64,000 bases of DNA from Lama guanicoe (lineage: Eukaryota), in assembly GCA_013239625.1 (NCBI GenBank), contig MU053881.1, positions 10,530,873 through 10,594,872 on the forward strand, written 5' to 3'. The translations under genes and the position numbers were made by a program. Of this stretch, positions 10,926-23,608 are shown piece by piece. The notes beneath the pieces were generated by a model. It was given only the letters and a program-made list of their open reading frames with translations, made no database searches and was not told where the DNA came from. Every line of letters starts with the position of its first letter. Positions within the stretch are counted from its first letter, which is position 1.

Positions 10926-13900
10926 GGACCTACTTTATCTATACTGCTAGCTCAAACTCTCACCCACACTTAAATTTTCACCAAATCATCATCTACCCAA
11001 CGTAAGAGGTATTACTATGATGTTATTATTTCTTTAAGCTGAGTACTCTCATTGGGTCCCTGGAGATCTCAGTGTAGTTGGAACTGTCCCAGTTCTTTTT
11101 CTCTATTATCCAACATGTGCATCTTTGGAGCTAGAAATTGATAATATTCCCCCCCGCCTCGTTTTTTGCATTTTCTCTGATCGCAGGATAGGACGGAGGA
11201 GGCATGGATATTTCCTGGTTAGGACACTGACATCTTACATTCTTCTTTCTATTATGCTTTTCTTCATTTTAGTTCCTTATGGAACCCTTCGCATGACACT
11301 CACTCTTATGATCAAGGATCCAATCACACACACCGGGAAGGGCAGTCAAAAACAAAACCCGGAAGAACGACAACTAAATTGCATATTTCCATAATCAACA
11401 AGCAAACAGAAATGACCGAAAAACACATTGTGTTACAATGTATTACACTGTTTTGCATTAAAGTATCTTCAGTATTTATTGACTTCCGTTCTCCTTACCT
11501 GGGCGCCTCTCAAAAGGTAGCTGGCTTAAAATCTTGATGTATGATTAAAGAGGTGGGAAACTGAGCTGAATCTAAAAATAGTCAGGCCTGGTTTTGTTCT
11601 GACATTTCAGCCAGCAGCTCCAGCCCTCTTCTGGGAAAACAAGGATCAAACAGGAGGACAGTGGCTCTACGCCTTGTTGATAATCTACAGGGACCCGCTG
11701 ATGGTCGGCAACACTCGAGCAATTTAAAGAGCCCGACCTCTGCGCTCTAAAAGCATTCCGGTGAATATGTAAACGTCTCCATGAGGACTCCAGTGTTTGG
11801 AAACATAATGGGAAAATTTTGATTGAGGCTCGATATCGATTAATCTCTTTAAAGTTCTGGCAGCGACATTTCTGCCATTAAGCAGTTCGCCCGTGCACTT
11901 AATATTGGGGAAACTGAACACCAGAGGTCAAGGGCTCAATAAGAAAGGGCCCTTTTGTCTCGTTCACATTCTACCTTCAGCAGAATACTGTCTCTCTAAT
12001 ATTCGTAACAGTGACTCTCAAAAGTGCGTCTGTGGCCCAGGAGCAACAGGAAACCCTCGGAAAGAACCCTGAAAGAACAGAGGAGAGACCAAATTTCTTT
12101 TTGTCCTCTTCTAACTTTTACCTGCTGCTCCGTACGTCACTGGAGTGCTCGGTGATTTCATTTCTCATCTGTATAATGTGAAAGATTACGTCTGTAACCT
12201 ACCTCTCAAAGATATTTGCTAAGAATGAACAAAGTTAGTGGAGCCTCATGGCTTGAGAGAGTCTAAAACAGACATTTTGGCTGTGACCTTGGCATAAAGG
12301 GAGATTGATTCATTCCTACATCTCGTATTCCCCAGCTCGAAACGGGTATCATGATAAGTTCCCATCTACCACTGGTCCTTATGTAACCACATAAAGGGCC
12401 CAATCCTCCAACTTTGTAGCAGACTTGGGGATAAGAGAGCACAAAGTGGAGAAAGATGTTTTTTAGACCATCTTCTGAGAATCATGGGTCTCAGTAAAAA
12501 GTGACTTTAGAAAGTTGTTACTAGTATTTCCATTTATACTTGAAGCAATTGAAACTCCAAGGAGTTAAATATTCCACCTCAAATTATTGCATAATTAAGT
12601 GGCGGAAATAAACTACTACCACCGATGCAGAGATAATTCCACTTAACCTTTATCATATCATGCTTCTGTGTAACTCATTCTTTATGGTCTGAAGCCTTGT
12701 ATTTAATTCCATCCCCTACCCCCACCCCCTGCCCCTTTTGGTCATATTTGTCTTCATCTATAGATAAATATGAGATGAAACTATTACAAATAAATACATA
12801 AACCTTAATAAACTTTGGCTAGGAGTAATCCAAATTTGTTACAAATCTTATCTTCAAATGGCCATATCCCATCTCTTTACTGTGCTAAGTATAATGGAAT
12901 AATTCATTAAGACCTAAGTTATATTTAATAAACCCCCAAAACCAACAGTAGAGGAGCACAGATGTAGGATGCTTCTGGGGAAAGGTGGGAAGTGAGAAGA
13001 GGGGGGTGCAAAGGGAGCTTTCTGGAGACGCTGACCGTGGTCTGTTTTCACAGGGGTGTGTTAACTCTGCGGAAGTCCTCATCAGCTATGGGCTTTTCTG
13101 TATACATGTCACACATAAATCAAAAATTAACAATATATACGATATCCCCTTCTTAAATTTAAGATTTGAGAGAGTGCAGGCAATAGATCTTTCCCTCAAA
13201 CTAATGGGTTCTTCTTTGTAATGAATACTTCTAGACGTCTATCTACTTAAATTTTGCAAACTGCATTTTTAGGGTCTTTTAACTTCGGGGAGTCGGCTAT
13301 TTTAAACAGACTTAAAAGAGCCAAGTATTCGCTTCCAAATGATCTTCCTGGACAAGACAGAGATAAAGCTTTGGAGGCATTTTGCCTGCAGACAGCACCT
13401 GAAACAGCATCTTCTCTCCCACGTCGGCAGAGGTAGGGAAGCTTCACATTGCCCTAAGGGGACAAATTTACCGACTGCTCATCAGGACAGGTTTCGTGTG
13501 ATATGGACATCTGTCTAACAAGAGCTGGATGAAGACTGCCACGTCTCTGACAACTGGGAGACAACCGAACAGCCTTGAGATAGAAATGATTTCTGTCACA
13601 GTCAACCTACCACAAACAGATGGTGAGAAGCGACTTAGAGTTGAAAGGTTCTGTTGGTGCCCTGAATCCCTAAGCTATCTGGCCCTCTGCCCTTCTTCTT
13701 TTGACAAATGTGATGTTTCATTCTTTATTAATGCAAGGCAGTCCACGTGGTCCCTTTATTTAATTCTGCAGTGATTTACATAAGGAAGTGATGAGAGGTT
13801 CCCTTAGATACATTCAAGCTAAAGGAATATCATGAGAAAAAAAAAATACTGCTAAAACCAGAGAATGTTTACAAGCAATTCCCCAAACTAGAGATCATTT

Positions 13901-15734
13901 AGTTTTCTTGAATGCATGAATATTTTATAAACTGGTAATATCAGGGCTCTCTGCCCTTAAATATCTGTCCAAAATGTTTTATGTCATCTGTTGGCAAATG
14001 ATTTTAACATTCACTTTTCACCTGATAGATCTTCCCGCTCGTACAATTCATTTCAGAGGCATAACTTGTTTTCTTTGCTAAGATTTCATTTCCTCCCACC
14101 TCGGAATTTGATGAAATCTATTTCTTAGTTCCTCGTCTCCCAGTGAAAGCTGACAACAAGTATCAGACCAAATGTAGCTGTCCTATATGAAGTAATTCAT
14201 TTCTGTCAAAGATTAGACATTATTTTTTTCTTGACATAAGATGACTGATACTGTCCTGTGAGATCCCAAAGATGCAACTTAACCACTTAAGGACTAAGAC
14301 TCATTTTAAGAAATGCATTCCATTCAGAGGATTAGGTTTTGACTTGGGGAGTTAGTTAGAAGACAGACATAGTCAGGAAGATGGATAGCAACTGGAGTTA
14401 AAAAATAATACTTTAAAATTAATACCATCTTAAGCCAAAAGCAGTTATAGGGCAATTCTGGTCTTAGCAAACGTTCAAAGTATTGTTTCATTCTATATTG
14501 TGTCTCAGACATGACTGCTCTCAGAGTGTGCATCCAGCATCTCCAGTAGCAAGAGAGTAGATCTCACTCCAGCTGACCCCAGGTAACATCAAAAAGTTGA
14601 ACAATATACTGAAGTCAGTGGATGGTGTGATTTATGGCAAAGGCAGATTGCAGGGAAAGGAAACCCCAAGAAGTCAGGGAGCCCTAGAAGTTGGACCATG
14701 TGCTCTTTTTTTCTATTTATTTTATAGCATTTTAGCAAGCTTTATTATTTAAAAAGAAATGGGATTCCTTAAATCTGCAAGCTTCTTCCTCCCACCTAGT
14801 GGGCCCATTTTAGGGGATGAGAAGGGAAAGTCTGTTAGTCTGGGCTCCCCATCTACATTCCTACCTTGACCACAACAGCTCAGTCTGATTCTGTTTCAAA
14901 GGTTGGGCTTCATGTAGTATTTCATTTAAACTAAAAAAAAAAAAAAGTTCTAATGCCAAAGGAAAACAGATATCTGAGAAAAAATATATATATAAAAAAT
15001 TTAAAAATCTAGTTGAAAAATCACTCTTCTACATGACGATTCTCTGTGTCACGTGATGAAGCCAGCCCTCAGATGACACCGACTTTTACTTCATTGTTAC
15101 TAACAAGCTATGATGCATCATTCACTACTCTGAGGGTCAATTTCTTCATGTTTTGAAAGAGAACAAGAAAAATCGCCTCTTCCTCGATTCCTGTGAAGAT
15201 GAACTTGCAGATCAAATTAGACTATGGGTATAAGAGATCACTTTGGAAAACTAAGAGGTGGCGAACAGTAGTAAATACTTTGTAACAGAGATTCCAGGCA
15301 GCTTCTTGCTGTCTCCTTAGCCAAAGAATCTAGCACTTCACATAGATGTTGGAGAAGGAATGAGATTATTTCAGAATTAGAATGGTTGCTTTGAATTTTT
15401 TGCCATTAGGAAATCATATTATGGGGGTATGAATTGATTCCCTGATCACTGGCTGAAACTGTGAATAGCTCATGTAAGGGGACTGAGGAGAAATAATCCA
15501 GTTGAGGGCATACTATGATCAGATATCTTATTGGGCACTTGTATACATTATCTGATTTAATCCTCAAAAGAGCTCTATGTACGGACAAGAAAACTGAGGT
15601 TAGATAACTGAGGTTCTTTGGAACATAGCAAAAGGAATTTAAATGCTGGCACCTAAATTCCAAGTCTAACTGCTGATTTCCTAGATGGACACGTGACTGC
15701 AGCCTTCTTTCCTTACATGCTTTGCATAACTGCA

Positions 15735-16152
15735 TGCTGTGTTACTACTGGATGTCTGTCACAAGGAAAATCCAGATCCTGTGGCTCCTCCCACCCGCTG
15801 GCTTCCTGGTGACCGCTGGTACTGTTTCCCAGTTAGTTCAGCAGCTCCCTTAGCAGGCAGCTTCCTGGAGCGTTTCTCCAGCATCCCTGCCAGCCTCTGC
15901 CCAAGCATTGTGGACCAGCCCTGATGCACGACAATGCAGTCAGCTTCTCCACCAAACAGTGGGCTGTGACCACACTCTCTCCACTGAGTCTGAATCCTAA
16001 CTTTGGAGGGGAGTCACTCTCCCAAAAGTTGTTCTTTCTTTGACTACTCTCCCTCGGCCCTAGGGTTTGCTTTAAATGTCTTCTTATATTCCATCTGGGT
16101 TAATTTCCTATAAATCATTAATATTTTATATTAAACTTGTCCTGTTTAAATT
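15735..16152 (+). mobile_element. Old ERV LTR fragment (subfamily uncertain)
   Basis: Locally GC-richer block ending in ATTAAACTTGTCCTGTTTAAATT, resembling the poly(A)/U5 region of ancient LTRs. Confidence 0.4.
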
Positions 16153-18102
16153 TTTTAAAACGAAAGAAAGTCCAGCCCATTTATCAACACTTAGGCAACA
16201 TGGAAACAGGATCCCACTCACTAACTCAACCACTCGCTCATTCATTCAACAAACAGTTACTGTACGACTACTTTGCACCAGGCACCGTTCTAGAAGTCTG
16301 AGAAAGCACAGTGAGTAGGATTAAAAACAAGAGTCTGACGTGGTATAGCGTATATCATTTGAGAGAAGTTACAAAATAAGGAAGATTATCACCAAAAGAA
16401 AATACTGAAATGTTGGTACTACGTTAATTAGCACAGTACATATGAAGAGGAATGCATTTCAAACGAATGATCATTATTACAGGCATATTCTAAGAGGCCA
16501 ATTGTTGCCCTTTTTTGGCCAAAAGTTATGCATGCAATATTCCCAACCTTATATGAAACACATTAAACACATCTCAACTATTACCACCAGGATACACATC
16601 TTTAGAAATCTTACACCAAAAAAAAAAAAAAATTTAGTTACAGTATTTTTTAATCCTAGCTCAATTTCAAAAAAATGCGTTAAATACTTATCAAATCACT
16701 TAGTTGTATGTTTTTCAGAAATGATGATTTTGTTCTATGTCAAACTCAACTAGTTAATGTCTACACTAAACTTTTTAACTCCACGAGAGATTTCTGCAAA
16801 ACCGAAGCAGCAAAACTTCACTATACATCCTAGATTTACTCTAATTCCCAGGAAACAAGAGAGCACAATATCCTTGGGATAATATATTGGTCTTGGTAAA
16901 AGTCAGCCGCTTATTAGCTTTCGCAGTTCCTGTATAATGCACTGAGAATTCAAACGTCCGATCGAGTTATTTATCCTTATCTCTTCACCCCCGTTAACTA
17001 ATTCATTGCCATTTAAGTTGAACTTAGCGCTGAGCTTTCCCTGCACATGCATGACTTGACATTTACACTCATTAAATTTCATATTCCACCCCTGAACTCT
17101 TCAGCAAAGAACTTTCTACAAAACAACTAGATTTTTTTTTTGTTTCAGTCACTCCATTTATTTTATTTCCAACTGTAAACTTGACAACTTTTATTTGAAT
17201 AAAATATTAATAATAGCTATTACACATATTAATCACTTGAACTTCAGTCTTCAACTGCAGGGGTCTTTTGGTTTTATACCCAGAGAAAAATTCAATTAGA
17301 GTCTTCAAACTGCCATGAATTGTCCATATTTTAGAAGTTTAGAATATTAATACACAATTCAAATTTATAAAAGACAGGGAGGCAAAAATGGGAATGTCCT
17401 TGCTATCTAAATTCAGTTAACTTTAATAATAATGACTAACATGATTTATTTCCCATGAATCTATGATGTGCTCTACGTAATGAACTATACTGTCCAATAA
17501 TTTGAAAATATATCATTGGGGCCTCTGTGTATCATCCAATAAATGCCGTGGTAACATTTTTCTTTACGTGACATTTTGCAATGCTTAATCTTCAAAGTTA
17601 AAAAAAATTGAAATAAGGTTTACACTTCTGTTTTCTCCTTCACCCGGTAGCTGTTTGCCAGCTAAAAAAAGGCTCACGGCCCAAGAAAGTGTAGGTCATT
17701 CTTTTTGGTGATTTTTGAGATGGGCCATTATGTTCACTGGGTATTTTAAAACTCTTTTCCAAATACAGTTGAAATGAATCTTAATCCAGTTCAACTAATT
17801 GAGATCTTGGTCTCATTATTTCTGAAAACAAACACATATATTTATATTTTTTTCAACAGGCATAGTGAAGGAAAGTTTCATTTTTCCCTCTGATAAGGAT
17901 GGCCGCTATATGACTTTTATTTTTAGTTGAACATTTTCTGTTCCAAGTTTTTGTTCCTATAATGCATGCATGCCAAACTAGATGTTGCGAGCTATCGGAG
18001 CTATGTTTCCCATCAGTTCTCTTTGAATACATTATACACAATAGCCAAATTTTTATTTTACAATGCTCTTAATACTGGAGCTGTTCATTGCCCCTTAGAG
18101 AT

Positions 18103-18104
<2 letters not shown>

Positions 18105-18146
<42 letters not shown>
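18105..18146. repeat. (TG)21 microsatellite
   Basis: Perfect TG run of 42 nt. Confidence 0.97.
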
Positions 18147-18147
<1 letters not shown>

Positions 18148-21100
18148 AGCCATGGTTTACTAACAATTAGCTTTAAAAATCTGCCACACATAAAAATATT
18201 TATGCTTAGTTTACACATACTCCCCTGGAGATAGAGATAAAACTGTATGTACTCCCTCTGGACAACTCTGCACATTGTTACATTTTAACCATCTTTATGT
18301 TGATAGCAGTTTGTCTCTGGCCCATCCAGTAGAAAAAAAGTGTCCTTTTATTAAAACAGTATTTGCACGTGCTGGTTTACCTATAGCTTTGTTTCTATTC
18401 ATTCAAATGCACACTCACAAGCACACCTACTGCTGAAGGCTGTCCCAAGGACAGTATTTGCAGCAGGAAGGACCAGTACAGATCATTTAAAAAAAAAATT
18501 CTCTAGTTCTATTTGGAAAGATAAGAGTCATAAGCTGGCCCAAGCAAATGAAATTTCTTTCCAATAGCATTCCCCCAAAATATAAGAAGAGAATGAAAAG
18601 AGTAACAAATCTAAAAAAAACAACAACAAAAGAGACAACCTTCAAGCACACCATCATCCACCAAAAACATTCGTGATTCTGTGTGATTCTTTTACAAGAG
18701 AGGAACTATTTTACAGGGATTCATTGCCAGAGACTTTTTTTTAATTTATAGCATAAATACAGTCATTATTCAAGCTGCTTTTTTATTCCATGTATGCACA
18801 GGAGCAGGATTCTGCCTCTTAAAAAGATTTTTTTGTTCTTATTAAAAATGTATTAGAAGTTAAATTAATAGTTAAATTTAGTATGTGCCATTTTAAATGG
18901 ATAGTTAATTTCAGCCTTTAGAATTTCAAATATCCCTCTTTACTTTAGCCATATGTCACAACTGGGACATCTTATTATCTTTATAGAAACAAATGACAAC
19001 ATTTAGGATTTTGTGTGTTTGTATTCGGATTTCTTAAAAAATGTCGAAGGGTAAAATGAAGCATCTATCCAGATCCTAGCATGTGTTACAGAAGATGCGG
19101 ACTGTAGCAACATAAAGGGGAGAGTGCTACACGGTGAGGAGGATTAGGGACCTGAAGAGATCATTTGCTTTGTGGTTCTGGGTCTTTCAGTCACTGGCTG
19201 TGCGATGTGAGGCCAGTCTCTCAATGTTTCATTTTATAATCAGTCAAAAATAGAAATACTAGGGAACACTGTATGCTAAACAGTCAAGTGTTACATGAAA
19301 AAAGAGAGGATTTTATTTAAAAAAAAAAATAAGTGATCCAAAAGTGATCTAATTAATGTAAACTCAGGTGTAGTTAAAGGAGTTTGTTTGTTATGAATAT
19401 TAAGACACCTTTATCACTTAGGATATTCCAAAGGTTTCAGGAGCAGAGCTCTGTGCTACAAATGGGAACAAAGACCAAATATATATTTCTTATTATAAAA
19501 TCACAACATCACAGAATTATTAAGCACATTATAGAAACAAAGAAAATGCAGTAGGTAAGAAAAAACCAGGGGTAAGGAAAAAAATGATTTGAGTGCAATG
19601 GGTTTATAAGCAATTAATTTAAATATCAATTGAAGCAATGTGATTTTATTTTATCTTTGGACAACTTTTAAAGCATATAATGCATAAAATATGTAACTAT
19701 AAAAATACTTTTTGTAATTTAGAAAAACTGAAAATCAAGTGGAAGTTATTTGAAGACATTAAAAAGTTAAATTCTTTATAATAGGCAGAATGGTGTAAAC
19801 TTTTTGCTTTCTTTACAATATGTCCTTCTTTCTTCTAGCTTGACCTTCACTACCTTGACTTGAAAAGAATGAATCTGTCAGGAGCAGAACACTTTTTATT
19901 TTATGAGCCAAGAGAGCAACAAAGTGAGCCCTTATTCAACGATGACTTCCATGTACCAGGTACAGCCTTGGGTGGTTTACGTGACTCAAATATCTAATTT
20001 ATTTCTCACTTCAAAGAGCCATAAGTTTGGTGTGTTATGTCCATTGTAAAGATAAGAAAATCAAGTATCAGAGATTTTAAATAATAGGCCTGAGCTGTTA
20101 TAGTTAGTAAGTGTCAAATCTAATGAAAATCTTGGCCTCCGATTTCAAACTCTCTTTCCAATCTTCCATGTCACCTCTTTAGGCAACCGAGATGATTTAT
20201 CCATTATCCGTAAGTCCCATTTAAGCAGCCAAGTGCTACAAAAAGTGAGATACTACTGTTGTCATCTATTTTTGTAACTCATGTTTTCTCACACAGGTTG
20301 AACCTTTTTTAAAGAAAAATTTCGTCTCACTGAGTCGCGTTCTTACTCAAGCAATGTCTCCATTTCCTAGAGCTGTTTCCTGATTTATTTCACAGAGAAA
20401 TCATGTCCCTCTAAACCTGTGCTACGTGTCTTCCTGAGAAGGTAGCCCCAATCTCACAGATCACAGCCTGTTTCTTCATCATACGTCACTCAATCCACTC
20501 CTCCATGGCAAACCACATACACGGAAAATCCCCAATATTTGAATGGGTCCCCTGCTCGCCCATGTCACAAGCCATCTCTCTTTAGATTTAAAAGTGATCC
20601 ATATACACGTAGGCTCTCTAACACTTTCTACTTTCAAAGTGGAACATTTTGTCTTTGAACTCCCATCGTGCTGACCAAACCACAGGTGATCCTCACTTTT
20701 CTACCTTCATTAAACTCAGGCACATTCTGGGCAATTTCTGCCCAGTTGCACGCCCCCGCCTGATTACTGTCAGCTGGTGGTGCTCCTTTGCTGAAGTGCA
20801 GTATCAAACAGCACAATATACCTTATTTCTTCCATAATCATTCTCTGCCCACCAGAATCAAGAACATAACATGCTAAATTACTATGATTGTTTGAATATC
20901 ATTTGGGAAATACAGGCTAAAAAATGCTGGGTTCGGAGGACTACTATTGCCCAATTGCTTTTTTTTTTTGCTTTCCTTTTGGTCTTAGCACATAACTACG
21001 CAACGGAGTGGAGGGAAGAGCAATCCTAGCTCACTGCTAGTCATAGGAAATCATGTGAACGCTAAGAATCTGGGGCAGAAGGCAATCTCTCATTTGCTTT

Positions 21101-21731
21101 TTTTCCCACTGAAACATGCAAGCACAGAATGAGAATGTTTGATGTAAAGTGGACTAGCATCTCATGGGGGCAGTTTAGAAGAGGTGTTCTTTCTTGATGA
21201 AGGGGAATGTTCAATTTCCAAAAACCATCTTTCCTTTTTTTAAACCCTCTATGATTTGTTGCCTCACTCTCTTTGTTTCAACCTAGATATTGTCACTTTT
21301 GACATTTGTTGGATCACTGAATGTTTTATGAGACAGTCTCCCTGTTCTGGTAGTTGCTTGGCCCCTTGGTTATTACTGCATCTTCTAACCAAATGAACAC
21401 CATTCAGCAATCTCTCAATACACTCATAATAGTATGTTGGGTACCATAGGTTGCACTAAGAATTCAACGAGATTAAAGGAGAGGATATTTATGAAATGCT
21501 TAGCACAATGCCTGACACATAGCTTATGCTCAATAAATGTTACCTTCTAATATTTTTATCAATTATTTGTGTATTAGTAACAAGAAACATTTATATAAGG
21601 AACAAGAGTCAACTGCTCATTTATATCCTCACACCAAGCATCGTAGGCACGGACACACTCTTTTTGCCAGGTTAGAAACTTGAGGCTTACAGATGATGTG
21701 TACGCTAATGTGACTTTCTGTTTGTTTTTCT

Positions 21732-21835
21732 AAATACGAGACGCTTCACAAATTTACATGTCACCCTAGTGCAGGGCTATGTCCGTCTTGTCTATATCAT
21801 GCCATCATCAGTATATGTGCTGCTGAGACAAGCGC
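21732..21835 (-). pseudogene. RNU6: U6 snRNA retropseudogene, full length and diverged
   Basis: The reverse complement GCGCTTGTCTCAGCAGCACATATACTGATGATGGCATGATATAGACAAGACGGACATAGCCCTGCACTAGGGTGACATGTAAATTTGTGAAGCGTCTCGTATTT aligns end to end with U6. The ACAGAGA box is mutated to ATAGACA. A degenerate A-tail and TSD-like flanks are present. Confidence 0.93.
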
Positions 21836-22009
21836 TGATTTTGTTTTTAATGATGTTGACAAATCTATTGTTCTTTCCAAACAAAACATCCCTCTGACAG
21901 TAAATGCGGGAGCTCTTGCGTACAGATCGCAGGAGAAGGTGGAAGTACCCACATTTTGATCTTTATCATGTACCACTAATTCATTTATTTTATCAGCTGC
22001 ATCTCATCC

Positions 22010-22770
22010 ACTTATTTATTCAACTAATTATTTAGGCTTTGGTGTGGGTACTTGGGGCAGATAAATGAACAAAAAGAGACAGGAATTCTTGCCCTCACAC
22101 AGAATATGTTCTAGAAAGGGAGACAGACAATAAACAATAAATAGAATATTATTTACAAAGCATTTTTTGAAAGCATTGTGTACTTTAACAACAAAAACAA
22201 CAATGTGGATCAGAGTAACACTTGTGAGCACCAAGTGAAATCAGGACAAGGTGCTTTTTGATATATTATATATATATTTTTTTCCTATTTACTAAGCAAC
22301 ACATTTTTTTGTCTTTTTTTTTTTAGAGGGGAAAGGTAATTAGGTTTAATTAATTTTTAATGGAAGTACTGGAGATTGAACCCAGGACCTCCTACATGTT
22401 AAGCGCACACACTGTCACTGAGCCATACATACCCTCCTCCCCACGACAAGTTGTTCTTGATTACCCTAAATAGAACAATCAGGGTAGACCTCCGAAAATA
22501 CCAGATTTGAACGAAGCAAGAAAGGGGTGAATGGTATGTGAGGGAAGGGTGTTCCAGGTAAAGAAAAGGCTCTGGGTTGGGATCATGCCTGGCACACCTG
22601 AGGAACAACCAGAACAATGGGCCGGAATAGAGGAGGTGAGGGGCCGTAGCTTGGTGATACGTTCACAAATGTTAGCATCGATTCTTATCAGACCATGGGG
22701 GATGTGGCTTTCATTCTGAGTGAAATGGGCAGCTCTTGGGGATTTTTGAGCAGAATAGTATTATTTGACA
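22010..22770 (-). mobile_element. L2 3' region (antisense), interrupted by a SINE
   Basis: ATTTATTCAAC...CTTGCCCTCACACAGAATATGTTCTAGAAAGGGAGACAGACAATAAACAA; GGCTTTCATTCTGAGTGAAATGGG...TTTTGAGCAGA. Confidence 0.8.
22259..22444 (-). mobile_element. tRNA-derived camelid SINE (Vic-1-like), long-tail form
   Basis: Antisense GTACTGGAGATTGAACCCAGGACC...CACTGAGCCATAC with the GGTAATTAGGTTT tail motif and poly(T). Candidate TSD at 22245-22258 and 22445-22458. Confidence 0.88.
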
Positions 22771-23084
22771 TTCCGCAAATTGTAACACACTGTAATGAGG
22801 ACTTACCCATTGGTCAATATATGAGAAAAGAGGGCCTATGGATTCAAACCCCAAAAGATGGATAGAAACATGACCAAAACATAGCCAAAAAGTAAAACGT
22901 GGTTCCAAGTAGAGCACAAAAAGATACCAAAGCCAGCATCCCAGGAGACAAGGTAAGACTTAAAGCAGGCCAGCAGGAAGGTTAATGACCATAAAAGTTA
23001 CCCTCTGGGTCAACATTTCAAAGATCTACAGAGGCTGGGCAAATGAAAGAGAGTGTTTAGGACTGAAGCAAAGTAATGTGTGTC

Positions 23085-23322
23085 TACATCTAGAGGATGG
23101 GATTATCCCACTCCAGCCACTTTCCCCCATGAAGAAATGGAAGCCCAGTGTTGCCAGAGCTTCAGGTTTTTTAGAAGAAACTGGGAACATGGATTTGTTC
23201 ACGACAATTGTCAAACTTTTAAATGCTCACTGAGAAAGAGAAAAAGAAATCGCTGTGTGATTAAAACAAAACACATCTATGAGTAGCGTATGGACTGTGA
23301 GTTGCTCGTAGTGGCAACTCTG
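23085..23322. mobile_element. hAT-Charlie MITE (MER102-like)
   Basis: GCCCAGTGTTGCCAGAGCTTCAGGTTTTTTAGAAGAAACTGG and AAAACAAAACACATCT...GTGGCAACTCTG. Confidence 0.6.
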
Positions 23323-23608
23323 TAACTCTTGTTGTAGAAACAAAAGTACCACGTGGGGAAGGTACGACTCAGCCATTCTGGAGACTGGCTCTCTACTCAG
23401 TGCCACTCTATAAAGAGCTCTAATTTTTGATTAAATGTGACCAGAAGGCAATGCCCACTGCCTTTATGCCCCTTCATTGTCCTTATAGTGTTCTTCAAAA
23501 GGCAGACTATCTCTGTCTCAAAAAAAGATAGAAAAGAAAAAGAAAAAAAATCATATAAAGAAATCATAGGATGATCTGTTGTTTTGGGGGAACATAAATT
23601 TCAGATAG

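Noticed and set aside
21732..21835. Functional U6 snRNA gene
   Set aside because: Many substitutions including the ACAGAGA box, no recognisable upstream PSE/TATA arrangement, and retroposition hallmarks.
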